A stretch of 64,000 bases of DNA from Sphyrna mokarran (lineage: Eukaryota), in NCBI GenBank assembly GCA_024679065.1, contig JAGIQG010000005.1, positions 67,518,001 to 67,582,000 of the forward strand, read 5' to 3'. Made by a program: the position numbers and the translations under genes. Below are positions 35,664-48,535 of this stretch, piece after piece. The notes under the pieces were generated by a model. It did no database searches and was not told the DNA's origin. It saw nothing but the letters and a program-made list of their open reading frames with translations. The first letter of the stretch is position 1; the number at the start of each line of letters is the position of its first letter.

Positions 35664-38600
35664 TCTACCTCAAATCTGCCAAATTTTTTCTTAACTTTTC
35701 TCTACTGTAATCCTACAGGCTTGCTATCTTTTTTTTAATGAACAATGATTGATCTTTAAAAGAAGAGTATTCTACTTCAATGCCAAGTACCATCCTTTGC
35801 AATCTTTCCTAAATTTGCTTTAGATCTTTTTGTGGGTGGTTCAGCTCAGATGTGATCTGAATGGATAATACAACATGCTGAAGTGGCAGAGTAAATCAAT
35901 CTTTTTGGAGCAACCCAAATAAACTACTCCTGCTGCTATTTGAGATTTAACATATAATAATCTGCTCCATTTAGAGGTCATATACAGCATTGAATAACCC
36001 TACTGATTTTCACCCAAAAATCTAATTCTATTTATCACTACAAAGATGTTGGTGCCTGCTGAATATTTAGAGCATTTTTTTTGCTTCTGTTTTCAACTGA
36101 CAAAAGTTGTTTTATTCTTATGTTCAGTAAATTCAACTTGTAACGTGAATAGACAGAAATCCCAAAACATGATACATCACTAGATTTGATTCCTCTCCAA
36201 TGCCCTCATTCACCTCCCACAACTAATAGATTGTTGGAACTTTAGAAAATAGACTAAAAAAGTCACTCATGCCTTTGGCCTTCCACGTAGTGATTTGTTA
36301 TGCAAATAATTTATCGAGTGTAAAGGAGAAATCGCAGGAAACTTCGACTCTTACTGTGAGTCTTATTCTGTCCTATTCTGTTAATGGTAATAATGAGGTA
36401 GAGGAAGGCTTCTTCATTTTCTCTTCCTTACTCCAGCACTTGCCAGTGTTTGAACTAGGAATTTCCTGATTATATGGTCCAACTAATCACTGAAGTAACT
36501 AAATCATTGTGAGAAGCTACATAATCTTCCTGAACAAAAAGGATCATTTCGCACTTGTGGCTATTATTTTCTATCCATTGCCTCCACTGATGGCATGAGT
36601 TTTGTCAAATTTGTTTTCAAGTCTCAGGAACTTGTACTGCAAAGCCATAAATCGCTAACCTTTACAAATACAAGGAAATAAAATTAATTCAAGTAGGTTG
36701 CTTCAAGGGGATTTCCAATATTATTTGTGCACAATCATCCTGAAATAAACCAGCAAAAACTACCCTCATTTCTATAAGTGATTTAATATAAAAGTAAACC
36801 CAAAAGCCATTTTAAAGAGGGGAAAATAAAACAGAACAATGTCAAGTCTACCAAAGATTTAGTGGTTAAGATGGGTTTGAAACAGCTTTTAAAGATGAAC
36901 AGAATGTAGCAGATGGTGTTAAAAGAGAGGAGAGTGGCCCATGGTTACTGGCATATTCTGAATGATCGTGTGACGATTAGAGAGGTGTACAGCAGGTCAA
37001 AAATCAGGAAATTAATGGCTGTGGGAGGAAACATAAGGTTGAAGCATAAGGCACACCTATTGAGATATTTGAAAATGATGAGAACTTGTTTCTAATGTAT
37101 AGGGAGTCAGGGAGCCATCAAGGGACAGGGGTGTTATACGAATACATCTTACTGTGGGCAAATGATTGCTGAATGAGTTGGCTTTTACAGACGGAGAAAT
37201 ATCAGCTGTCGAGAAGACTTGGAGAAATCTAATGCAGAAGTAACAAATGCATCGGTAAGAGTCTCAGCATCAGTCAGACTGAGACAGCAATGGACACAGA
37301 TAATGAAGAGATATAAGCAAGCATGTTGTGAAGCAGTTTGAAATCAACACATGGACCCAACAGGATGTTGGATGTCAGAGTTTTGTAGGGTGCGTGGCAG
37401 GGCCAAAAATGATGGTTTTACTTTTCTCAGTTTTCACTTGAGATTAGATATTTCTTCCATGACTTATCAGTACAACAGCAGAGTTAAATGTGGTGTCAAC
37501 TGAAATGGAGGAGAGAAAATGCTATGTTTCTTTAGCGCACATATGGAAACTGAGTCGTCGAAGGAAATATTTTCCATCTGTTTCGATGGATACAACTGTC
37601 GTATGACTCAGGAAGCTCAACTCCATCCAGGATTGAACAATTTGCTTGATCACTGCCTCATTCACTATCCCAAACACAAGATCAAGCATCAGATCAAACC
37701 CAAGATGGGATGCAATGCCTTAACTTGCCAGTTTGGATCTTGTTTATCTCTTACGGGCACCATGAATTAGACTCAATTAGATTTTGAATTTGGTTTTTGG
37801 AATAAGCAAGGAATGGATATGAGTCTGCATGTTCCACTCTTGAGCATTAGCTTTACAACGTCAACGATATAGTTAAAAAAAATTTTAAAAAACAGCCAAC
37901 TTGATTGGTGGCCACAATGTGTACTATTTACAGAATGAATTGTAGCAACTCAACAAGGCTTCTTTCTTTAAACAACAATTAAACCTGTCTCTTCACTTTT
38001 TGGACAGACAAAGGCAGCAAGGAATGGGAATAACATCAATTCCAAGGTCTCTCCAATTAATACACTGAAGTTTCTTTGTTCTCGTTGGTCAAAATCCTAA
38101 GAGCACAATGGAAATACAATCAGCACACAGCTGTAACAACATGAAGGAGGCACTTCATCACCATCTTCTCAGCAGAATGAGAGATGGGCAATAAATACAA
38201 AGCTCTCACACCGAGAATCAACATAACAAGTACACCAGAAGATGAAATGCTGATACAAATGCTCAGACCAGAATTGATGAATGCTAGGTGCCAACACCAC
38301 TGAAGAGTTTTACTCCCTTACCCTGCCTAGTACATTATTTTAATCATGTATCATTGCATGCAAATAACTGTTATAAAACCTTGTGTTTTACTAATTAGGC
38401 TAATTCCGATGTTTATTTGTACATCCATGCCAATGTTTGTGTGGTAAATTTTAGTATGGTGACCCAAAGTTAAACATAAGATTGAGCCAATTTTAATTAA
38501 CTCCCATCTTTTAATCAAAGCTACTTTTGACAATTCAAGTAGATGCAAAAGATGGCATGGTTTTCAAAGTGTTTCAGTCCACATTTTTTCTCAACCAACT

Positions 38601-39590
38601 GCACCAAAATACAGATAAACTGGTTTTGCAACTTCATGTTGCTTCAAAAACCTTACTGTGTGCGAATCTGATGCTTTTTTTTTGCCTACAAATTAACAGC
38701 GGCTACATGTCAAAAGTAATTTCATTGGCCATGTAGAACTTTGCAACATCAGCTTAAATCAGAAAGGAAAAAAAATCTTGGTATGTGTATTCGATCACTA
38801 TCATTAGATATCTGTCAGTTGATAAGACACTACAACAACGGTAACATATTCACACAGCAATTAATCATTTTTTCAGAATGCAGATTTAACTTCAAGGTTC
38901 ATGGAGATTATACCATTTTTGGCTTTAACACAAGTCAAGGAACAAGTAAATGGGATTTCCATGTTGTGTACAACAAGCAAGTGTCATGTCTTCTGATGAA
39001 GTTTTTGCTTCCTTGTCTCAGGAGACAGTGCAGTACAGAAGACCATTACATCTGCAGGCGAATGTTGGTGCACTAGGAAAGGGGATGGAGTCAAGGCAGA
39101 TAAGTTGCTGGACCCCTAAAGAATAAGGAGATTTTTCTGATCAATCTCGAGGATGATTTGGGTCCTGGACACAACTGCTGATAATGGCAGGCCAGTGCTA
39201 GACTTTCTGGCTTTCAGCAATTGGATATTGGACCTTTAAAAGTATTTATGCCCAATGGCCACATGTAAACTTGGTCCAGCTGAGTGCTTGAATTCACCAT
39301 CTTATTAAAATCATTTCCTGGGAATTATTAGGTTCCCAATATTCACATTACATGATACTTGGTGTGTGCACTGCCTCTGGCTGTCCTGCTGCTTGGTTGC
39401 ACTCGCAATCTGCCAGATTGAAAAGATGCATGCTGTGTTTGTGCTCAGTCTGCATTATAATATCTTTTGAAGACTCCTAAGCTTTGGCGGGGAGTGTTTC
39501 CAAACCAGATTTGTGTGCTCTTTTTCGTGCTTCTAAATAAAAAAGCTATACCAATTATTTCTGATGTGATCCCCCAATACCTTTTTAATG

Positions 39591-39715
39591 AACAGTTCTG
39601 AAGAAAGATCATGTGGACTTAAAACGTTCACTGTTCCTCTCTCAATAGGTGTTGAGTTTTTCCAGGATTTTGTTTTTACTTCAGATTTTCGGCACCTGCA
39701 GTGTTTTGCTTTTAC
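39591..39715 (+). mobile_element. Second Penelope-like terminal family remnant with a degenerate hammerhead
   Basis: aacagtt-ctgaaga-aagatcatgtggactt-aaaa-cgtt-cactgtt, then tgagtttttccagg..ttcagattt..ctgcagt..tttgcttt. Relatives at about 6670-6805, 62035-62160, 1860-1910(-), 6075-6140(-) and 50320-50400(-). Confidence 0.55.
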
Positions 39716-39766
39716 CTTTTGAAAGATGTGGTTTCCAACAATTTTAATTAACTACATGATACTTAC

Positions 39767-39927
39767 ATCTAGGACTGAAGTTGTGCGAGTCCATAAAGTT
39801 GATGGAAAGGGGTTCATCAGCATGAAGTGTGCTTTGATCAGCATAGCTCCTGTCCATTGCATTCACCATATGAGTCATCTCTTGTCGAGTATTTCCTACT
39901 ACATCCTTGCGCTTCTTTGCGAGTTTA
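39767..39927 (-). CDS. PTPRK: PTPRK juxtamembrane exon, 161 nt: (S/L)KLAKKRKDVVGNTRQEMTHMVNAMDRSYADQSTLHADEPLSINFMDSHNFSPR
   Basis: Acceptor attacag|TAAA, donor AGAT|gtaagt. Lies within ORF 39744..40016. QEMTHMVNAMDRSYADQSTLH is kappa-type. Phase 2 to 1. Confidence 0.97.
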
Positions 39928-40119
39928 CTGTAATCCAAAAGCAAATTGTTTGACTGAATATTTTTGTGCAGAATTTTAATATGGCAATTGGCTAGGCTTA
40001 ACATAAAGATATTCATCTTTTACAGATAGAATTGTCTATCACGAAACAGGACTTCTGAAAAATTATTCTACTTGACTGTAACACACTTTGAGATATCCTG
40101 GAGTTGTGAAAAATAGACT

Positions 40120-40450
40120 TGCATTCATATAGCACTTGTGGTAACAATATGATAGTGTCCAAATAATCTGTTTAGTGATGTTCATTCATAGCTGGAAACT
40201 AGCCAGGACAATAAGGCTAACTCCCCAATGCTACTGTGCAAGGAATCGTTTATTGTGTCCACCTGAAGGGACAGAAAGGGTCTTGGTTTAATATCTCATG
40301 CAAAGACAACATCTCCAACAGTGCAACAAACTCTCAGCACAACAGTTTTACCTTAGATTTTTGTACTCCCAAGTCCTTGAGTGGGAATTGATCCCATAAC
40401 CTTCTGCCTCAAACGGAGAGTGCTATCTGTTGAGATACAGCTGCCACTAA
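40120..40450 (-). mobile_element. Deu-domain tRNA-derived SINE (SacSINE1/AmnSINE-related)
   Basis: gtccacctgaagggacagaaagggtcttggtttaatatctcat..aaagacaacatctccaacagtgca..gagtgggaattgatcccataaccttctg..gagagtgcta resembles the reverse complement of the recalled consensus. Confidence 0.65.
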
Positions 40451-42979
40451 AAGGAGCTTTACAAATGCAAGATCTGTCTTTTGTTCTACTTCATGGAAAT
40501 ATAAGAATCTAATTAATGCTCAAATGCTTGACAACTTGAAACAATATCTACAAAGCATTTTTTAAAAATTCACTATAGACATATCACCGGTGAGAGACAG
40601 CTCTTTTGCAAATACTACAAATCAACAATTCTAGAAATACACGTCCCAAGATTAACTAACATAGGAACAGGAGTAGTCCATTCAGCCTCTTGAGCTTATT
40701 ATGTCATTTAATGAGATCACAACTGATCTCAATTCGTCACATTTATCCCACACTCCTTCATAACATTGATAAATTTGTTAGGCAATCTCCATCTTGGTAG
40801 GAATATATGTCTAATAAGTGTTTTGCCCAAATCAAAGAACATAAGTTTGCTTCCATGACCTAGTCTCTGTGGGGCTTCTAATGAATGGTTAGACTTGGGA
40901 ACATTGTGACTTCCTATTGTCATTTGATTTTATGATTGGAAAATCTTTGATTTAGAGTTAAATGAACAGTTGTTCCCCAAAACACACTTCTCCAGTTAGT
41001 TTGCATTTCAAAATTCCTATGCTTCTTCCAATGTATTAAATAGACAAACAGATATGCAGATGAAATCACTTAAAATGAAGCCTGCTGTGTTTTGGATCAG
41101 CATCAATTGGACTTTACCTTAATATGGAAAAAGTGCTAAATTTCATTTCTGCAATTTGGATCAATTTCCAATTTTGCTTTTAATATCGTTTTTTTTAAAA
41201 CAGCATTGGACAGTAGAAATTTTTACATTTACTCTAGTTGCTGCTTGACTGTGCTCATCAATGATCTGATTAATGGAGCAAGTTATTTGATTACAGAATG
41301 ATAAATGGGAATCTATAAACGAGTTAGCTGTCTTGGATAAGATGAGCCTACTGAGCTAGCTTACAACTGATACTATTTATTTGGATAAATACGATTATTT
41401 CAGGCATTGACAAGACCTGATCTGAATTATTTTACATTTGTGACTCACATATTAAATGTATTAATTCATTGTGCATTCCTTCATAACTTCATAAACTGAT
41501 TAACTGTTTTTGGAAACAAGCATCTTCAATCCATCAAACATGTGCGGCACAACGGAAACACCAAAAGTGTTGTAAAGGGTACTTTCACAATAAATATTCA
41601 GATTTAATCTGTATACATTGTTCAAAATAAAATAAGTTGCAGTTCCTCAGGTCTTTCATTGATTTTTATACTTCACATTTAGCACACACTAGAAAAAAGC
41701 ATTTGTCAAGGCCAAATTCATAAGCTTTGACACAGAATCCAAAAGATAATACAATATTATCTGTACGTGTCAAGATTTTAAATGAAAATTTATTTTCAGT
41801 AATTTAATTCTCTCAATTGACTGACAATTTCTCTGACGGAGTCCAGTAGCATGTGGCATATTTCAATTGCTGTATTTTCAGCCAAACACTTCTTATGCAT
41901 TCTCTCCCAGGATAAAAAAAAACAATTTAGTATCTATTTGAGATTGAATGAGCTGCAGCCAGTTTTCATTACTTATCAGAACAAGACTCTGTTCAATGGA
42001 AAAAGCTGAAGAAGATACACAAGTGCAAGCGCTGCAAGAAGATGAATGAAAGTTGCGATACAGGTAACACATTGTGAAATGAATCATGCTTTGCTGAAAT
42101 CAACTTTAGATTTATAATTAAAGATGCAAATGTCTAACAAATTGCTCTGATGTGTCTATGTGTTGATGAACAGAGTTAACAATGCTTTCCATTTGTGCAT
42201 GCTGGTTTGTTTCTCATTTTCAACCCACACCACTGGCTAGTAGCACTGCAGAAAAACTACCAAAAGTGTAAGTCACTCCCTGTTAGTATGCTGCCTCTAT
42301 TGGCAAGTCTTCAGCTTTGCCTCTTGGTAGTGACAAGTGGAAAATGAAACTTGGCAAGAGGTTTGGCCCCGAGACATGTAGTGAGCTGTTCCACTGATAT
42401 ATGGACACATTCTGGCACTCATGAACCTTACTCTCATCTGTGGGCACTTCAGGAGAGTTGAAAGCTAAGCGAATAATCACTGATATAAAAACAATGTGGA
42501 GCGTAGCTGAATGTGATCTCATGTCTAAATCAGTTTTCCTTCCAGTGACACCTGCAATCAAGCCATTGGCAAGCATTGTGCTTTGCCTTCCTTTGGCCTT
42601 AACAGGGGAGGCTGAAGAGATGCTGAGAGGATTTTTGGGAAGTCTACAGTCTTCATAAATTTTGCCGTGTTTGCACCCTGTAGAGGGTGTTAGTTTCACT
42701 GCAGAATCTTAACACCATGCAGAATAGCAGTTACAAGTGATAACCCTAACTTGATTGGTCTGAAGAATAAGTGCTATGGGCTGTTTCCAATAGTGGGAGG
42801 GACCAACGTACCGCAGTGGTCAGCCACCAACTACCTCAAGTCAGGGAATCCTGACTAGTAAAATGCTGATCCACCAAGGACCATCTGCATCAATGGGTGC
42901 TTGGAGCTTAGAGTCTCTGCTTAACAAGTGGATGGAATTCCACTTAAGTTTGTTTGTTGTTTCCGCCAAGCAAACAAAC

Positions 42980-45900
42980 TAAACCATCTCTTTGCTCAGC
43001 CAGCAGGAACATCAGGGCCATGCGCACAGGGCTGGTAGTGGACTTGCAATGAGTCAATATTGTGCACAAGCGATTGTGATCAATCTGGAATTTGATAAGT
43101 TGGACATTGCAGAGCAGATTGTCGAAAGAAAAACATTATACGTTCATTTGGCTGGGGAAATGTTGGAAGGAAACGTGAGTCAAGCATAGGTTTTGCAGTA
43201 AGGAACTCTCTGCTGTTGATGACAGAGGCCCTCACAAATGGCTCGTATTATGTTCTCTCCATCTGTCTCTCAACTCAAGACCAGTTAACCTCATGAGTAA
43301 CTGTGCTTCATTATAGAGATGAAAGGCCAGCTTTATAAAGAACATGACACGGCCATCACCAGAATCCCAATGTCAGAATATCTTTACTTCGTGGGGGATT
43401 TTGAAGTAAAAATGGATGCTAACAACAAGACATTCTTCTGCAGTCTCAGTCATCATAGCCAGGAAAGATAAATGAAAATGGACATCGACTATTTAGGCTA
43501 TTCATGAGCTTTGTAAAACGCCTCACGGCACCAAGGACCCAGGTTCATTTTCAATCTCGGGTGATATATATATATTATGTATAGTGTGTGTGTGTGTGCG
43601 TGTGTAGTTTGCACTTTCTTCATGTCTGCATGCGTTTCTTCTGGGTATTCCAGTTTCCTCCCACAGTCCAAAAATATATGGGTTTGGTTGATTGCCCATG
43701 ATAAGTTGCCCCTTGGAGTCAGGTAGATTAAGATGATAAAATATGTGGGGATTAAGGGAATGGGATTAAGGGGTGGGATTGTTGGCAGTGCAGACTCAAA
43801 TGGGCCAAATGGCCACCTGCCTCCTGCACTGTAGATTCTACAAACGCCTTCCTTCAGAACAAACCATGTCCTGGAGAAAACTAGGATCACGGCATTGGCA
43901 TCAACTGAATCTTATGATCACCAAACACGATTCTCTCAACAGTATTTTCAACACATTTAGCTACACAGTGCTCACTCTGATACACATGCCTCCTGATGTG
44001 CACAGCAAGATACAGCCCTGGAAGTTTTATCATTCAAAGTATAAATGCCATCCTTGTTTCAAGATCAACTATACTGCCTACCCATATAAAAACTAACAAT
44101 TCTAATGAACAAACACACTCCAGCATTCCCATATAGAATGCAGAAGTGAAACAGAAAATACAACAGGACAATATTGCGTACTCAACATATGGAAAGAAAG
44201 AGTAGTAAAGAAATGACTAGAGACTAACATCACTGTGATGGAATCTGTCATTGAAGCCATGTGGTTTGCTCTCATTAATTACAAGCAAGATCTGAACAAG
44301 AAGCCTCTGAATGTACCAAGTGCCACTTGAAGAGAAGTCTAACAGCTAGATGGGTTGAATACTACCTTGATTGTATTTGAAGGAAAGCACTGCCACTGAG
44401 TAAGCTCTAGGCACCTTAGAAAGCATGTGCATTATGACAGAGCTGGATATCAAATCCACAGTGGAGGAGTTTAACAAAATAATTGACTTGCTTGTTAAGG
44501 GCAAAAATCTCCAGCCACTGATGCTATACTGCTTGAACTCATGAAGCATGGAAAACTGGCACTCCTGCAGCATCTGCACAAACTTCTCTGTCCCCGTGGG
44601 AGATAGGAGCAGTTTCCCAGGATATTCATGGTGCAAAGATGGTGACCTTGCAGAAGAACAAGTGTGGCAATTGCAACAATTATTAAGGCACCTCCCTGCT
44701 GAACATCATGGGAAATGTACTTGTTTGTGTTGCCCTTGTTAAACTGCAGATACTGGCTGAACACATATATCCCAAATTCCAGTGTGGTTTCAGAACTGGA
44801 AAAACAATGATTGACATAATCTTTTCAGTCTGGTAGCTACAAAAGATATACCATGAACAAATAAATCCACTATACTTTCCCTGCACTGATTTGCCCAAAG
44901 CATCGACCATGTAAGCAGAGGCAGTCTATACGAGCTACTAGAAAAGATTCATTGTCTTCTGAAGTTGCTCAATGTGATCTTCTCCTTCCATGACAATGAG
45001 TAAGATCTGCTATGCAAGGGCAACATCAGAACACAGATTTGCAAAATGGTCAAACAAGCTTGTATTCTGACACTGACACTCTTGAGCATATTTGTCTCTT
45101 TGCTACTGTCACGTCTTCAAGTGAACAGGGGGCATTGATTTTCACACCAAAATGATGGAAAGCTGTTCAAACTTATCCACTTGAGATCCAAGATAAAAAT
45201 GCACCGAGTCCTTAAAAGAGAGTTGCTGAACACTGAATGTTGCAATAACATTTCACAGTGAGGAGCACCTTCAGGGTCAAATGGCAAGACTCTCTCAACA
45301 ACTGTAAAGTATTTGGTTTGATATCAGGTCCAGGATGCTGACAATTCGCCATCTATCAGGATTGACAACATGGCACTGAAGATTGCTGACTGTTTCCCGC
45401 ATCTAGGCTCCAGGATCACCAATCTGTCACATTGCTGTCACAGATATCATAAAAGCTGTCGCTGTTATGTTCAAGCTGTGAAAGAGAACGTAGAACAACA
45501 GTGGTTTAACTGAGGACACCAAACTGTGAATCAACCTGTATCATCAGCACACTCCTCTACATAGTGACACCTGGACAACATTTGTGAGGCAGGAGAAAAG
45601 ACTGAATGGTTCAATCTTCATTGTCTCAGATATATCATCGAGGCAGGACAAGGTTCTGGATATGCTAATTCCAGCAGCATCACTCATTGCTAAGCCAACA
45701 ATGCCCAAGCTGTCTCAGCACATTCATAGGCTGGATGGTGGCTGTATTCCGATAAGTTTTTTGTACACAACCTATTGGGCAGCCATACTTCAGCCACAAA
45801 GATATCTGCAGGTATGAAGATGGCAGATAAAATTGTAATAATTGGGAGAAAATCACTGATGTCACTCCTCAATTTGGAACCAACTGTTAGGACATTGGAA

Positions 45901-46110
45901 GAGATGAGCAGCAATGAGAAGCTCAGCTGCCCAAAAAGAAGGCCCACAGAAAGCAAAGGCCACCAAATTGTGCACTTTCTCAGTCCACTGTCCACGTCTA
46001 CACCGGATGTCGTAAAGACTGCCATGCCAGAGTAAGGCTCCCAAGCTACACCAGACAATACTAAACACAAAGGTGATCACAGAGCTAGCCCTCAGCCAAC
46101 AAGGAAGGCT
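42980..46110 (+). mobile_element. RTE-clade LINE, long decayed copy (endonuclease, RT and C-terminus)
   Basis: SRNIRAM (WNVR-like), YTFIWLGK, IGFAVRNSLL, VGDFEVK, NY*GTSLL, PKFQCGFRTGKTMIDIIF, VKQACIL, GKLFKL, C.KDCHARV.L. Interrupted by a SINE at 43518. Confidence 0.88.
43518..43842 (+). mobile_element. HE1/V-SINE-like element with internal (TA)n/(TG)n and a CR1-type tail, nested in the RTE
   Basis: gcctcacggcaccaaggacccaggttc..tttcctcccacagtccaaa; tail gggccaaatggcc..ctgcactgtagattcta. Confidence 0.85.
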
Positions 46111-46879
46111 TCTGCAGATAAAGATTTCAGAGTACAATTTAATTAGTGGAAGTAACTGTATCTCTATTTTGCTTTTTCAGTGGTTTATCTTCTAAAACTG
46201 TTTATTTTGAGGACAGTGTAGTATTACCATTACACAAGCAGCTTTAGGCTCTCTTTTACATTTTATTTCAAATATCAGATTGTTAAAAGAATGTCCAATT
46301 GATATTTGGTCACGCAATGACTTTTTTTTTCCCCAATGAAAATTGCCACCTCATTAACTTGAAAATTGATTGCATTGCTTAAGTCTGTTGAAATGCAGCT
46401 TGTGAAATCTAAGCATTGTATGGAGTCGAACAAGTAAAGCTCTATCCATCACAATCAATATAGAGCTAATTGTCATAAAAAATGTTATTTGTAAAGACAA
46501 CATTCCTTACAGAAGCGCAAGAGATACCCTGATGTTCAACATTGACTGCAGCTGTAACAGAACAATGATAAAGACTGATTTTAGTTTAGTGTTCCATTTG
46601 CGGACCAAAGGGTAAACTTCAGACATTTTGGATTACAACTAAAACAAAAGTAACTTCATTTTTTAACTAAGCTATCGCTTATTGAACTTACTAAAGTGAT
46701 ATGTAGGTTACCCATTATAAACTAAAACTAAAAATTTAACTTAAAATATTTTGTGCGTTAACTTTCTCGGTAGCCTATTGGATTCAGAACAGGACCATTT
46801 GTGTCAAAACTTATAATTTGTACCCAACGAATCCTTTATGTTTAAAATAACAACAGACTTGCTTCTATTGTCTACTTAC

Positions 46880-46909
46880 AGGTAATAAGAATAAGAATAG
46901 TAGCTCCTC
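46880..46909 (-). CDS. PTPRK: PTPRK alternative microexon, 30 nt: (R)RSYYSYSYY(L)
   Basis: ttgcttgccag|GAGGAGCTACTATTCTTATTCTTATTACCT|gtaagt. Phase 2 to 2, between the TM exon and the first juxtamembrane exon. Matches the Tyr/Ser-rich R2B juxtamembrane insert I recall. Confidence 0.93.
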
Positions 46910-47839
46910 CTGGCAAGCAAATCAGACAGTGAAGAAAGAATTATTGGTGAATAAAAGTGTGGAATCAGTTACAATCAATAAAGCAAATGCTAGCTGTATT
47001 TGATACTGATCATCTTTGGTTAGCATTTTACTGCAAATAACTCATGCAATAATCTTACATTCCATGCAATTAAGTGCTTGCAAATAAAATAGAAATAATG
47101 GGCACAGAATGAGAGTGGACAATTACATTCCAGATATCAGTCATTAAACAAAGTGAGTGAATAATTAAAATTGATTGCACATTTCTTACATGCACCATAT
47201 AATACACCAGAATTGCTAATTTGTCTTTATTAGGAACCCATTTCAACAAAAAAAAACTTGAAAAATATAAATAAATACAAAAAATGAAATAATGCTTTTG
47301 GGCAGAATAACTTGCATCTATTAAGATGTTTTGCACAGAAATCTTAAGTCAATGAAATAATGAACATTCCAAGTGTGATAAGTAACAAAATCACTTTAGC
47401 CATCATTACAGCAACGTGATGTAGATGATCATGTCAGACAAGAGGCCAACATTGATGATCAGTTGATTAGCTTGAAATCAATCACTGGCTAAAACAGATT
47501 TTAATGATTTTGACTCAACTGACATTTTCTAAATGAACAACCTTTTTTCCTCTTAATTAACCTTGCAGCAGTATTGATGTATTTAAATACTATTTCAATT
47601 TCAACTAAGCAAAAAATAAATCAATTTTTTTCTGTCAACTTTACCCTTGTATAAAGATTTGTAAATAACTTGCTCACTCACAACAAAATTTGTCACTGTT
47701 CTTTCCTACCAATCTACTTTATTCCAACACTAATCAGCTAACTAGGAATACTGATTTAAGTTTTTGGTTGGTCTTAAAATACTTGTAACTTATCAATATA
47801 TTCCCTAGTTGCTGTGGAAGAGTTAGCAGGATTTGTAGG

Positions 47840-48535
47840 CATATGTTCTAACATAGAAAGTGGCATAAATTGATTCAGGAAATAACAACATACATTGGAT
47901 TGATACATATACTGAGAAGCCAGCACAGATCTAAAAATGTTTGACCAGAGGTCTCTAAGTGAATTTCTGGAGGAAATACATAAACACAAAGTAGTAGATA
48001 CGATTTGTATGTATTTGCAAAAGATATTTGGTATGTTACCATGTGTTAAAACAACATTTTATTAACTAGAGCATAGTATCATAGCAAGAGAGAGATGTCT
48101 CACAGACAGACAGCAGATAAAGAAATAAATATATTTGGATTCAAAAGTGCATCAAGAATTGGATACATTTAACTCTAATAAGACAGATGACTCTATTGTT
48201 TGAAAAATTTTCACGGAGAGGTAATAATGATTGTTTCCACTATTATTCAGTTTAGTAACAAGGAGCTGAAGTCTAGAATTGCACCAGAAAATACATGAGG
48301 GATGGAGACAGGGGAAAAGGAAACTAAAAGCCTTTTTTCCAAGGATACTGCACACTCCACACAGCAAATGCCCAAGTTAAAAACTAATTTGGATGGGACT
48401 TTGATAATGGTCTGGAAAGCACAATTACAAGAGGAATAGTTAAAAGGGGGAAAGAACATGTGATTTGAATAGAAAGCTGAAAAGTTAGCGGTGACTCAGC
48501 CAGAATGGATAATAGTCTCCTTCTGTGCTCTAAAT
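47840..48535 (+). mobile_element. CR1-type LINE, heavily deleted and decayed
   Basis: caacatacatt (QHG-like), gtagatacgatttgtatgtattt (VDxIYMDF-like), CR1 tail ending ctccttctgtgct. Confidence 0.55.

Noticed and set aside
41267-41276. TGATTAATGG Pbx-Hox-type motif in repeat-poor sequence
   Set aside because: A single 10-mer in 64 kb of AT-rich DNA cannot be supported without conservation data.
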